In this document: positions 41,748 through 54,780 of the stretch, piece after piece | How the letters are laid out: each line of letters opens with the position of its first letter | Position numbering within the stretch: the stretch's first letter is position 1 | Source: Yuukianura sp. NJ FZ-2021 | Taxonomy: Eukaryota | Direction: 5' to 3' | Length of the DNA: 64,000 nucleotides | NCBI GenBank assembly: GCA_046563655.1 | Contig: CM102284.1 | Coordinates: forward strand, 6,138,001-6,202,000 | Translations under genes and position numbers: made by a program | The notes under the pieces: generated by a model | What the model was told of the DNA's origin: nothing | What the model saw: the letters and a program-made list of their open reading frames with translations, nothing else | The model's database searches: none

Positions 41748-42757
41748 ATGGCGACAACGCTTCTTCAGTCTCCAGCCTTATTTTCTATTGGTGTGTTTTT
41801 TCTTGTCGCTGCTGCGATTCCTAACTCTAGTGCGCAAAATCTAAGTACCTATGTAGGGTAAGTTCTGCACTCTTAACTTTTCTGTACATTTCAAGCCAGT
41901 GATGTTACTAATTCTTTGTTTTCTGATTTTCCAGACAAGGGAGAAGCGGTTACAGTGACGGGTTGGTTTACAAACTTTTGGAATTTTTTTAAATTTAGTC
42001 AAGTGATATTAACTATTTGAATTTCTTTGTACAGCCATCATCACCATCATGCTGCACCTCACCATATCATTCACACGACTTCGCATCATGGAGGAGGACA
42101 CGGAGGTCACGGAGGAAGTCACTTTTCAGCGTTCTATGACATTGTTCTTACTGGACTTGCGTTTCTTTCCTTTGGAATATTTCTTCTGAATCTACTTCTG
42201 AATGCGATGACGACTGTAAGTACCAATCACGTGGGGACGATCATCATCCTATGAAAAGTTCGCAAAACTGATTTTTTGTTGTTTTGATTGATTTAGAGCA
42301 CTGGAACAGGGACGGTGCCGCTTCCTACAAATACTGGAACCGGTATAATAACGGTCACGGCTGACACTGGACGGAGTAACCGAGGGAAACGAGACATCTT
42401 TGACCTGCACTTGGAGCGATTCGTTTCAATTGAGGCTTTGGCAGCATCGGTTTTGCAATCAATTGACGCCATGGTCAACGAGCACGAGTGTCTCTCCAAG
42501 GTGTTCTGCGATGGGAACAAGGAAGCGAGACTCATTGGTTCAGGATTTCAATTTATGATGCCGGCTTACAGGTGAGAACGAATTTGTAAATTATGAATTG
42601 GGATTGCAAATTATTTGCAATTTTCTGTCTTTTTAGTTTGGGAGCGTCCTACCTCGGCAGAAAAGTTGGATTGCACGATTCGTTTTCAGATCATTTGAAG
42701 AGCGTTGTACTGGGCTTTGGAGAATCCAACTGTCAGACTCATTTTCCACAATGCTAG
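41748..42757 (+). CDS. Uncharacterised secreted/membrane His-Gly-rich protein with DM4/DM12-like C-terminal Cys pattern
   Basis: Exons 41748-41857, 41935-41961, 42035-42215, 42297-42571, 42637-42757 splice in frame. Signal peptide, HHHHHAAPHH...GGGHGGHGG, hydrophobic helix, RGKR site, CLSKVFC and terminal CQTHFPQC*. Confidence 0.8.
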
Positions 42758-43133
42758 TATTATATTTAGTTAATTCAGGAAATTACGTTTATGGTTACGA
42801 CTGGTTCCAGCGTCTTGTGGCAAAAATTAGCCTGCTGGATAATTCAGGTGTGAAAACGGTAATTAAGGATCCTAATTACTAGTTATACATGGGATTTATA
42901 CTCAAGATTTTTAAAATTTTCAATAGTTCTGGGCTAAGAATTCATAAAGTGAAAGATTGTTTAGTAATATGGAGTGGTATAAATGTTTTTTATTCGTTTT
43001 ATAGCTTTTCTTATTAATGGATTTATTTATTGAATAAAAATAAATAATAAACTATTATAACCAAATCATTTCTAACTATTCTTTGAATCATTCTGAATTT
43101 ATTCGCGAAGGAATTAGCAATTTATTGCATTCC

Positions 43134-44520
43134 GTACCTGAGATATAAATTTCGAAAGTTTTTGAAATTTTGGAAAGAGATTTTCCATTGTGAAGTTGGA
43201 GGCTCTCTGAAAAAGTGTCCGGAGCTATGCGGGGATTAGGCGAACCAAAAAGGCTCCTCTCCCTCAACTTTTTTTGCGTTGGCGACCTCCCCATACAAAA
43301 AGCACAGAAGAGCAAAAGACCTATCTCGCCTCTTCGCTTCGTATAATCTCCGATCTACTTTTCTGCTCTTCCAAAGGCCTCCCATGCAAAAGACTCTTTC
43401 AAAACTTGAACTTGGAGGTCACGCTCATTTCCACAGCTAGTACTTTCTACTACTCAAGTCCACAGGTAGTACATCGCCAACATCTCCTTTGCAAATGTAC
43501 TTCCGCTTAATTTCGCATAAAAATTTGCAAACAATCTTATGTTCAAAATGTTTTGAAATTTGGAAATACGTAATTTGGTACAAAACGTTTCAAAATTTTG
43601 TCAAATTTTGAAAAATGGAAAGCGAATTTTCAGAGAGTTCTTCAAAGCTATGTAAAAAATGAATAATTCCGGGTAAGGTTTACCTGTATGAAATACATAG
43701 ACTGAATTATTTTAAATTTTAACTAGCGTCTAAACCAAATCAGAAAAAAACTGTCACTTATTTTTTGAACAAAATTTTAAATATTACAAATTCAGTCCTG
43801 TTGTGTTTGAATAAAGTAAATTAAAACTGCGGTATAAATTTTAAATTTTCAACTTTACACAGCGATTTCTGTGGGTCAAGCGCTTAGCTCATTGTTCCAA
43901 AATAGTATTTCATGTAATTTGGCGCGAAAATTTCGCAAAAGATGCACCTTCAAAATTTTGGTGAAATTAAAAAAAAATGGATGACTATAGATAGTTCAGA
44001 GATTTTGTTAAAAATTAGTAAAAATTTCGATTTCGGTTTTTTGTGCTTAAATTATTCTAGTGATCATTGTGAATTTAGGCTGAAGAGATTAGCTCTCTAA
44101 CGCAATCCGTTCAAAAGATATGAATTTTTAAAGTTTTTTAATTTTCTGAAATTTCGAAAAGAGATTTAACATTGTAGAGGGGTAGGCTCTGCTTCGAAAC
44201 TGTCCGGAGCTATGCGGAGATTAGGCGAGTCAGAAAGGCTCCTCTCCTTGCTCAACTTTTTTCCCGCTGGCGGCCTTCCCATACAAAAATCCCAAAAGCA
44301 GAGAGGAGCTACCTGCCTCTTTGCTCCGTATAATCCCCTATCTCAAATCGACCAAATTCACTCCGGACACTTTCCAATTTCTCAAATTACAAAATTCAAA
44401 AAATTCCAACTTTCTTGCAATTTCTGCAAACCCATCGACTGGTTGAAGTTGCAAAACAACATTTCGCATACTTTAGTGCAAAAATTTTGCAAAAAGTACA
44501 TTTTCAAAATTTGTTTTGTA
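43134..44520. repeat. Diverged direct duplication with ~1 kb period (likely TE remnant)
   Basis: 43134-43350 aligns by eye with 44117-44340 (shared TGTCCGGAGCTATGCGG.GATTAGGCGA...AAAGGCTCCTCTCC...CCCATACAAAAA...CGTATAATC). Weaker similarity continues at 43510 vs 44462. Confidence 0.65.
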
Positions 44521-44843
44521 AAAATTGATAGAATTCATTGCTTTTGAAGTTTAAATCACCGGATAATAAAATTTTTGCAAGTCTACAAGTGTGGAACTTC
44601 GCATGTTTTCGTTTACGCGTTCATTTCGTTCCTGGACATTAAAATTTTCCTAAAAATTATCTTTTTTTTTCTTGCTATATCCTCACGCCTCTTAAAAATT
44701 TTGTTTTCTTGCATATAGAACCTCTGCTTAAAGACCATAAAAGAAAATAATTAATTTTTATACGGCGTCAAATTTGTAGCAATAAAAACCTCAGTTCTCG
44801 TTTGTATTTTGAAATTAAAAAAAAACCTTGCAGCGATTTCTTA

Positions 44844-45783
44844 CAGGGGGGGGCGTCCTATTTTGGACAGTTAGTTTTTGTCGTAGATCGAGGCGCGCAG
44901 TATACTTTTTGTCGGGTTTTCGATCCTATCGTATCAATGGGTCGCAGATAAGCAAAGTTTAACTTTGTAATTCAGTTAATTAATTCAAAATGGCGGACAA
45001 AATGGCCGCCAAACTCGAAGCTCCCATTATAACTTTTTCCAAAGGCGGATTTTCACTCTAAGGGTACCAGCGACAGTTCAAAACGTTAACTTTTGACGTT
45101 ACGTCTAGCACAATTCGTGCCAACATCGGTTACAATCGATTTGGCACGAATTTGAAATTTGTTGATGCTGTGAAGCATTAAAATGTTAAAATAAGAAAAA
45201 ACTCGAAAAAAGGAAAATTCGAAAAGGAAAAAAGGAACATTTGATATTTGAACCGCTGAGTACCCCGGTTGCAGTGTTGCAATGAAAAAAGGGTTGTAAC
45301 TGTCACCCAGAGGCTCAGCAAGGTCACCCCGAAGAAGATTTGGAAAAAAAGTGAAAGTAAAGTGAAAGTAACTGACTTCAATGCACCATTACAAACTTTT
45401 CGCGTCCAGAATCAAACAAAAAATTCAAAATGGTCAATGACCTTGATTAAAAATTTGACCTAAGGTGATGCCCAGCTCGGATATGCATATCAATAGCTCT
45501 GTTATCAGTATGGTAAATTTTCGCACATTAGCGGCCTCAAAATAAAGGATTATCCAAATCCGTCTTAAGACTTTAGGAAGGGGTTTTGGAAACTCTCCCA
45601 GTAAAATGGTTTCAAATGACCCCCTCGAAGGTCAAAATGGTAATCGATGGCGAGAAACTGACACTTCGGATGGTCACTCAAGTGTATTAGGAGCATCTTA
45701 AGGCAAAAATATTAGTTAATATTCGGTAATTACTGCAGCTACAGCGTAAAATATAACTGTCCAAAATAGGATGCCCCCCCCTG
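44844..45783. mobile_element. Tc1/mariner-superfamily MITE
   Basis: 30-bp TIR CAGGGGGGGGC(G/A)TCCTATTTTGGACAGTTA with one mismatch, TA on both flanks, no transposase ORF. Confidence 0.85.
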
Positions 45784-46525
45784 TATTCTAACTTCAAATG
45801 CAAAATGAAAAACATCGAAAATCGAATTTTGCAGACTAGCTTTGAATAAAAATTGAAATGTTTCCTGTTTTTCATTATTGTTTGTTCACGCCGTATTAAA
45901 AATATTATATTTCTTTTACCCAAATTTCCGCTTCCACATCTGGGACGAAAACAATAAATTTTTAGGTGGCGTCTAGTTGCAGCAAAACAAGATTCCAACT
46001 TCGTTTCTGCTTCGAAATTTTGGAAAACTAAATCACTTCTAAATCCAAATTAATCTAAGTAAATCAATCGAATTTAACTAAATACATTTAAACTTTATTA
46101 ATTAAGTGCAATGTGACCCATCGCTCTAATAAAAATAGAATCTAACTTGCGAATATACCCCTTAGAATATAATTTCATGTGGAAAATACTTAATTGGTTC
46201 AAGCGTTAAAATCAAGTATAAAGCTTTAAAAATTCAAAAAAATGGAACAACCACAAACTGGAAATTAGTTAAGTAGTAAGGTACAGTGTAGTTAAGTTGC
46301 GTTGCGCCTTAAGCTACAATAAATTAGTTACAATTAACTATTTTGTGAGTATTCTAACTGGAATTCAAAAGTTATAGGAAGCTGCCGTTAACTCTTGACG
46401 TACTAGCAACAAACGACGCGACGGAAATAAGTTTTCAAAATTCACCGAGACTATTATTTTAGTTAAACCTGGAATAAGTTTTGGTAATACGGGTTCTTAC
46501 TCCTTAATGTTCGAAAATCGTTTCG

Positions 46526-47808
46526 TTATTTGGAGTATCGCCACTTTCCCATTCTGTCTTCACAATCTTTCGGTTTTTCATTGGCTAGGCTATTCTTGCA
46601 TAAATACGGTTTCAGTCCTTTCAAAATTTCTTTTTGTCCCTTTTGACTCTGAAAACGAAAATTTCGAAAATTGAACAACACAAAGAACGAAAACACAATA
46701 AAAACAAAAGTTGATTGAAATGATGAAGTTTGACTTTGGAATTGTAGAGAAATTCAACTTACACCGTCAATTTCAATCGTTGGAATGAACGAAACTGGTG
46801 GACTAAGAGCGTGTGTCATTTCACCGTAAGTTTTCAGCAGTTGAATTCCTTCAGCACCTTGCCAGCATTTCCTGATTGGCTCCCAATCAATTTGAAGGTT
46901 ATTCGCACACTGGATTTCCGAAGCAAATTAAAGTTAGATACAGTTCATGCTAAAGGAGTTCATGATTGACCTATTTTCCGATACCTGTATCCCAATTTCT
47001 TCTGGATTTCGATTGTTGTTGATCATACAGCCAATGTAGGCTACAAGGGCCTCTTCGTTTGTCACATGGGCTATAGCACAACTGTGGATCATATTTCCTT
47101 GGCATTCAGTCTCTCCATGCTGACATTGGAAGGTCACCTGATCTCCATTTGTTTTGATCTGAAGAAATGTTATTCATTTTAATTTGGTACAAATTCGATA
47201 ATCCGAAATTTGCAAACAATTTTCGTCAAAAGTTTACTCACCGAAGCTTTTCCGAACGGAATGAACGATGGTTTTATATAGTTTTTGAGTTGGTTGTAGG
47301 CTGGATTGAACTCTTTGACTATAAAATAGCGACTGTCAGGGCTAAAAAAAAAGAAATAAAGACATAATAGGGTATTCTTTATACGCTTTTGTTATGTTAA
47401 ACAATTAGCTTACCATAAAGCTTCATAATAAATCTGCACGGTATGTCTTTTTATAGATTCCGAATCAACCGGATCAGACCCGATGCCAGCGGATTCACCT
47501 GGCATCAGTTGCTTTGTTGCCTCCTCATCCTACCATACCATAAACGAAATTAACATCACTGATAGAAGATAGATCAATACAAACACTCACTGTATGCTTT
47601 TAACAAAAATACTTACGGACGATGCCAAAAGTGGACTTGTACTTGGAAGCCCGCAAAGCATATTCCAAGCTATCAGTAGAACGGCAAGCGTAACTAATAC
47701 TAGCAAAAGAAATCCATAGCACAGTCGTGCTTTCCATCTCGGATATGTTGCTTGGTGATACTGATAATTGTGGTTAGTACTGGTAGTTGAAAATGCCCTT
47801 TTTAGCAT
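46526..47808 (-). CDS. GILT: GILT-like (gamma-interferon-inducible lysosomal thiol reductase) protein
   Basis: Exons 47808-47617, 47529-47414, 47341-47242, 47158-46985, 46909-46763, 46648-46526 in frame. VQIYYEALCPDS (CxxS active site), IPFGKA, signature CQHGETECQGNMIHSC, FIPTIEIDG; hydrophobic segment after a ~28-aa N-tail. Confidence 0.92.
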
Positions 47809-48381
47809 TATGTACAGCCTTCTGGTGCCTTTGATCTTGAACAGCAGTTTTTTGAAGAATCCGAACGCTAATCTGTAATAAAAAGACAAAGTAGTCTTAA
47901 TTAAAGACAAATTGCACTGAAAATTAGTTAATTTGCACTGACTTTGCAATTGAGTCATATCTAGTTGATGCACCGAGCGAGCGGTGCTTTCTTAAAACAT
48001 TGCCTTTCTGTTAATATTTCACTTTATAACGTATGGTTATTGGTATTACTAAAACAGCTGCTGCTTTCTGAGTTAACGACTTAAATTAAAATGGACAGAA
48101 TAATGACAAAAGAGCTCTTAAAGAGGTGTGAATTGAGGCCTCGTCTTAAGTGGATGCAGCGATGCAGGGCACTGGTATTACTCTCCTACAATACTACTAT
48201 TTACTGAAGCATAACAAATCGATTCCATATTTTTGGCAAATCCTACACGTAGAACAGGAGCAGGAACAGGGATCGTTCGGAACATGGATTGCGGAAAGAA
48301 AAAGCAATGCCCGCCTGCATTATACCACGTTGCTTAAATTAATCCCCACCTCTGTTTGGTTCAATTTTAACAAATTGAAAG

Positions 48382-49509
48382 TAGGATTTTCCCTAATAGT
48401 ACACCATACCTAAATAGTACACCAGGTCCCTAATAGTACACCAGGTCCAGGGCCCGAAAAATTAATTAGTACACCGTCCCAAATAGTACACCAGGTCTCT
48501 AATAGTACACCAGGGTCTTTGGTAATGTAGCATTAGGAGTATAACACCCGGAGAAGTTAGTTGAGCTAATATTATAGCTCTTCATTTGTTGTATTTATCT
48601 CCACGTTACTTCTTCTCCAAATTGTTTTACTTAAAATTCGTATTCTTACTTAAAATGTCTCCCAACAAAAAAAGATCATTTGACCTGGAGTTCAAATTGA
48701 AAGTATTGAAATTGGCCAAGGATAAATCAAGTTCTGCAGCAGCTAAAGAATACAACATTGATCGACAGAGTATTCGGACATGGATTAGAAACGAAAATGC
48801 TTTAGGTGAGTAATTGTTGTGAATAAAAATTTTTTTCCTCATTATTACATTCATACTGAAACAGTATTTTGTTTACAGAAACTGGGATCGTAATTCGTAG
48901 CACTTCAAATGGTTAGATGAACGATGATCTAACCCGTGAGTGGTTGAAAACTGTGTACACACGATTTTCCTTCAAACATCGTTTGTTAGCTTGGGATTCT
49001 TACAAATGTCACATCAGTGAATATACTAAAAGTGAACTCATTGGCTACAACACCACAATGACAGTCATTCCTGGAGGATGTACAAAGTATATTCAAGCTC
49101 CAGATTTGTGCTGGAATAAACCCTTCAAAGCTCGTATTTACCGAACTTTACGATTCTTGGCTAGCAGGAGATTCCGACAAGGAATATACAAAAGGAGGAG
49201 GATCTGCAGATTTGTGAAGATCCTGAAGAAGACAACAACAACGAAGTGTTGATTGACTTGAATGGAGAAGAAGAATACGAGCTGGACACTGTGGATACGG
49301 ATTCTGAAAACGAAGTGGAGTAGTTTTTAGTAATTTAGAAATTATTTTCTCCTGATTCCTAAACGTTTTAGTTAAGAATAAAATCCTCATTCTTAAAAAA
49401 TTAATTAGTACACCGTCTCTAATAATACACCAGGTCCCTAATAGTACACCACCCCCAGAAGTCGAAAACAAAATTAGTAACACCAGGTGTACTATTTGGG
49501 AAAATACGG
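48382..49509 (+). mobile_element. pogo-family DNA transposon, internally deleted/pseudogenised
   Basis: Right TIR reads CCGTATTTTCCCAAATAGTACACC (reverse complement) followed by TA; left TIR partly decayed; multiple AATAGTACACC subterminal repeats; HTH MSPNKKRSFDLEFKLKVL...IDRQSIRTW and DDE_1 segment LLAWDSYKCH...VIPGGCTKYIQAPDLCWNKPFK, with an in-frame TAG at the NG(W)MN motif. Confidence 0.88.
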
Positions 49510-52199
49510 TAGGATCTTCCCCTGCTTTCATTGTTGCGGTTTAAGATAACTACCTTACGTTAGTTACTACAATAGCAAACTGAAGAGGTTGTTGGAAGGA
49601 ATTGGAATGAAAATATTCCAGATAATTACCTTAGATAGAACGTCAAAGAGGAAGTCAATCGTTGGTAAATACTTGTCAGACGTTTTCGTTTCGCCATCAT
49701 CTCAGGGGCACGGTCGACGACAACGGACAACGTAGTGAGAGAGAGGGACAGGTCCGCCAAAGGTCACTGTTTTGGTTTTTCAAATAAATACAAGAAATTA
49801 AATCCAGGGCTATGTTTTCCTGACTAATTAAGCCATGTTCTTACGGACCTAACCTCAAGCACGCTTTAAGCCTTCCCGGTGTGTTCAAGGGCAGCAGATC
49901 CGAAATTGACCCATGACTTGACCCGTTCGTTCCAATTCCGAAACGAAATCCGGCGAAATGGTGGAGAAAACGTATAACGTGGTGTTGACTGAGGAACAAA
50001 GAAGAGTTTGCATGGAATTGCCTGCCGGTGTCCATTGGCGCAGGCGTACGTGCAATTGTGACATCTTAGCGCGATCTGCCGTAAGTTACGTTACTTACAA
50101 GTTACGACAGAAGGCGTAACAGATAGCAGTAAAGGCGTATGGTGGCAACTTTTCCCGAAATTCAGCGAATCTGCGTTTACTTGTTACATACAATATAAAT
50201 TATAGGTACTATACTGTCAAGAAAAAAATTAAAATCGCTTATGTAGGTAGTTAGATAAGTTAGAATTACTATAAAACTTCGATACAACAAGGTTGTTCAT
50301 TTTTTTCACGATGGCTTTATGGAGGGTGTTGGCCCGCCCTGTCTCGTTCTTAAGGACGGGTAACAGGCAACGTTTGTTTACGATTTGGTGTCAGCCATTG
50401 CCGTTAGTAACAAAGCAAAATCACTGCTCAAACGTACGAAAGTCGGCACTTTTTTGAATGGTTGACGAATCAAAGTTTTCAAAGTACAACATTTCAAATA
50501 CCTAATCTGGGACTCAACAATCACAGTGTTCCCATGGAGACGGCTAATTTCAGTGCCGACTTTTGCAAATTTGTAAATTACTGCAGAATTTCATCTACTT
50601 TTTCTAATTAGATTTTTATTATAAGACCTAAAAATGCGTTTGAGGTGTCTAAAAATCCGGAAGACCATGGCGCTTAAGTCGCCTTGACCAAATTCCCGAA
50701 TTTTGGTATCGTTCGACGCGTAGAAAAAATTGAACTTTGTATTCAATTTTTAGTATCACTTCACAACAAAAATTCAAGTTTGGTTCACTGCTCTGTATTC
50801 TACAGATAATTACGAATTTTTAGAGCCCTTGTAGACATTTGTACGTTATCCCTGTGACTTCTAATTAGGCGTCAAAGTTAATTAATTTGAGGCGAAACGA
50901 GACCCACCGTTGCCATGTGTGATTCCTTCTTAATTGCACAGAAATGGAAACGGTTGCCTTATGTGAAGCAGGTCATCAGGTCATTTTTAGGAAATCTGTA
51001 AGAAATTGAAGTACTTATTAGAAAGTAGTAAAACGTTCTTCGGAAGAGAAGCTTTGAAGATTGTAGTTTCATGTGGATAACGATGGCTGGGTGGAATGGA
51101 CGCTAATTTTAAGTGGTGGTAAAGTGGCAGGCGTGGTTTCCCTCTAACAAAAAATTTGGTACGGTGGTGCCGTGCGCGGCGTGAGAACTTGATACATATA
51201 AGAAGTTATAAGCATAGCATTAAGATCAAGACTCGAAATGTGAGAAGGTTGGCGTAAATAAAACCAAATCTATTGTAATCACCGCGTTATTTTTAAACTG
51301 GCTCGACAATGGAAACTGACTGGGAAGTTGCTAATGCAAGTAGTGGGTAGTTACTGGTGGACAGCAAATAGTGGACAGTGAGTAGTGGGTAATTAATTAT
51401 TAGTGGAAAGTGCCTAGTAGTGGACGGTTGGAACAACCCTCGATTTGGGCTTTGGGCCGATACTTATTTGCATAATGCAAAATCGGTTTTATATTAATTT
51501 GAGGGTGCTGATTAGCTGATTCTGAATCTGCAATCAGATTTTGTCGCTGACGTTGCTTTCTAGCATTTCTGTAACGCCATCTAACCTAAAACCGCGCCAT
51601 CGGCGCGGGAAAACAAAAGCAGATTCTGTTGTATTACATCCTAGACTAAAAATTCTTACATGTTCGCGTTTGTTTAGCATACTGAATTAGTCCCCAGAAC
51701 CAATTTTGAGCTAAATCGGGGGGAAATAATTTTTAGAAATTTTTTGTTTCAAAATTATGAAAAAATAGCATTGGATTTCGGCCAAAATTGATACTTAACC
51801 AGGACAGTTTTACAAGTGGACAACAAATATTGTTGGAGATAACTAACAGTGGGTGGTGGCCAGTGATTATGGGCAGTGATCAGTGGCAGTGGTGTACAAG
51901 TTATCACAGACAAACGAATGCAGTAACTGTTTTTTACACAGTTAAAGTGAATTCTACCGGAGAAGATTGTTACAATGGTACAAGTTTGGCTTACCTCAAC
52001 ACTTCCGTCCCTGTGCCCCTTGTTGGCGGTACATGCTGTGCGGCGTAGCCCGTACCCCCACCGTGCCGCGTTGTTGACAGGCAACTACAAGCACAAGACG
52101 CAAGAGTCGGGGAAAGGAGAGCCGGGTGCCGGCTTTTGTTTGAAGTTAGTGGAAAATTCCATTGGGAAAGGGAGACACGCTTGAGAAACTAACCAGAAA

Positions 52200-53457
52200 A
52201 TGCTCCCTCGCCTCCTGTCAGCCATACTTCTGACTCCGTGTAGGACGCACGTTCAACACACTTCAATTCAGCACTTCCAGCAATTAAGTCGACGTTTTGT
52301 AGCTCCTGCAACAATGGCAAGACCACGAGTCTTTTTCGACGTGTAAGTTTCCAATAAGTCGCTAATTGTTAAAGTTACAAAAGATTTTTGAAAACTGAAA
52401 CAGGGAAAATTAAGAACTGACGTTGCTTGATTTCAGAACCGCTGATGGGGAGAGCCTCGGACGTATAACAATGGAGGTAAGAATTTATGAAAACGACAAC
52501 TATTCCGTTCGAAGTTTCGATTAAAAATTCATGATTTAAAGGGGATTGTGGGTTTACACTGTTGTAGAGGTTGGGTAGAGATTGAACTGCAGATTTGACC
52601 TCTAAATGACCTTCCGTAACTCTAACCTTCACTTCTAACCTTGCGGTTGTAAAATAATCTCCGTATCGGGATCTCTATGATGTAACGACGTCGTTCGTTA
52701 CTGTATAACCACCATCTCATAATTACGAAAATTGCACTACCGATCAGATATGGCTTACTATAAGCTTTAAACTTTTGCAGTGGTGCTAAATAAAAAGTTA
52801 GGGCAGGACACCAGCCTTTGGTATATCTGTCCCTGGAGCCAAAGTCTAGTTCTTCGTCCACATCTTGAATTTCTTGCTAATAAGGATTATGTAATTACAC
52901 CGGAAATGAATCGTTTTATGTACTAATAAGTAATTGTGATTATCCAGCTCCGACCGGACGTTGTTCCCAAGACTGCCGAGAACTTCCGAGCTCTCTGCAC
53001 TGGAGAAAAGGGAATCGGGTACAAAGGATCTTCGTTCCATCGTGTCATCCCCAACTTCATGTTGCAGGGTGGTGACTTCACAAACCACAACGGCACTGGA
53101 GGAAAGTCAATTTATGGAGAGAAGTTTGCTGATGAGAACTTTGAACTCAAGCATACCGGACCAGGTACTGAACAAGAATGTCTTGTCATACGTCGAATTC
53201 GTTCTAAAAGAATGAAGATCAAAATTAATTGATTGATTTCATTCGTAGGAGTGCTCTCAATGGCCAATGCCGGACCGAACACCAACGGTTCCCAATTCTT
53301 CATCTGCACCGTCAAGACTGACTGGTTGGACAAGAAGCACGTTGTGTTTGGAAGCGTTATTGATGGAATGGAAGTTGTCAAGAAGATTGAAGGGTTTGGC
53401 TCTCAAACTGGCAAAACCAACAAGAAAGTTACGATTGCCGATTGCGGACAACTCTAA
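52200..53457 (+). CDS. Cyp1: Cyclophilin-type PPIase with N-terminal mitochondrial-type presequence (Cyp1/cyclophilin D-like)
   Basis: Exons 52200-52342, 52437-52476, 52948-53164, 53249-53457. [70 protein letters not shown] 38-aa Arg/Ser/Leu-rich, acid-free extension precedes a second ATG at 52314. Confidence 0.95.
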
Positions 53458-53952
53458 ACCAGAATCAGCCAACAAGCAATCCCATTTCAACTGAAAATCT
53501 CAGCATTCACTGTCCATTCATTGTTCTTAATCACTTGTTTCCTCTTTCAGTTTTTGTGTTTCCATCAGTCGTTTCCATTCTATATTTTCTAATTTGATTT
53601 TCCAATCTAGAAACTTTGTAATCAGGAAATATCAAATCCACAGTTTTCATAAAATGATAAAGTAAAAACTGACAAGTTCAAGAAAAATCGTGCTTTTTCG
53701 GCATGGGCTTATTCTGGTTTCAATTGCTCGTTACCTTTAAGACGTTTTTTGGTCAACACTCTTCAACATTTTTTATAAAATCGGTTTACCATGATGAAAA
53801 TTTTAAGAGAAAAAAGATACATGCTACAATATTTTTCAAATTTATATTTAAGCAAGCTTAATTTTTTATGAATTTAACTTTTATTAATATTTGATTTCGC
53901 CTTTAATTTAGTCTGGATCAATACAACAATTAACAGTTGACGGAATAGTGAA

Positions 53953-54780
53953 TTAGGCAGCCCCAGCTCCTAACCCTAATAAAAATATCATCAATTAATT
54001 ATTTTAATTAATTCATTTTTGAAATCTGCAGTGCCTCCGGCGGCGCTTTCAACAAAAAAGATTCGTTTTCGAAAAAAATTTTGATGTTCTACTTTTTTGC
54101 TTTTTCTGCTTACATTGTGCAAGTGTCGTCAAACTCCTCATCCTTTCTTCCGTTCGGCTGATAGGTCTACGGCCATGAGGCCGCGGCCGTCAATATCTTA
54201 AGAAATAATCTCGAATTAGTGTAAGTTTAAATTAGATAAATTTGAATAGAGTGAGTGTTAATTAATATTTGTTTTTACAAGGTGCACGCGTTGATTCTAA
54301 AAAAAAGAAAGTTCGACGAAACATTTAAACATGAAATTCCAAAATTGGCAACTTTGGTTCAATTTTTTCTAGGTTTAGTAATTAACCTGAATTAAAACCT
54401 TTAGCAGCTCCGGCTGCGGCAGCTAAGAGTTTAAATAATATAATGTAGTTTAATACATTTTGAAACGTTTTAATACAATATAACTCAAGTTTGATTCGTA
54501 TCGGATTTTCCACCTTGTCCAGGAGCTATAAAAATATTCCAAGATGTCTTACACGCATGCATAACTTTAATCATAATTAATTATTGTTCATTACCTCCAC
54601 GCTCTTTACGGACGTTGGCATCCACTGCATTGTGATTTGCTTCTCCTGGATTCAGAGCTGGCAGAGCCTATACACTTTATATACTAAAATGCTCAACTTT
54701 TTAAAATTCTGAAATTGAAATCTTACATTCATGTTATTGAGGATGACGAGCATGATGACAAAGAATATTAGGAACTTCAT
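53953..54780 (-). pseudogene. Gly/Ala-rich secreted prepropeptide, copy A (decayed)
   Basis: MKFLIFFVIMLVILNNMN / ALPALNPGEANHNAVDANVRKERG. Two donors read AT where paralogs have GT (~54501, ~54026); TGA at 54138-54140 where copy C has CGA, plus a second TGA; conserved terminal GAGAA-TAA exon. Confidence 0.65.

Noticed and set aside
49900-52100. TE-like fragments and AGTGG-rich repeats between GILT and cyclophilin
   Set aside because: No matching termini, TSD or coding remnant could be defined.
52670-52870. Possible intronic snoRNA in cyclophilin intron 2
   Set aside because: Only degenerate boxes (ATGATGT, CCGA) and a short hairpin are present, with no recognisable rRNA guide. An Infernal/snoscan search would be needed.
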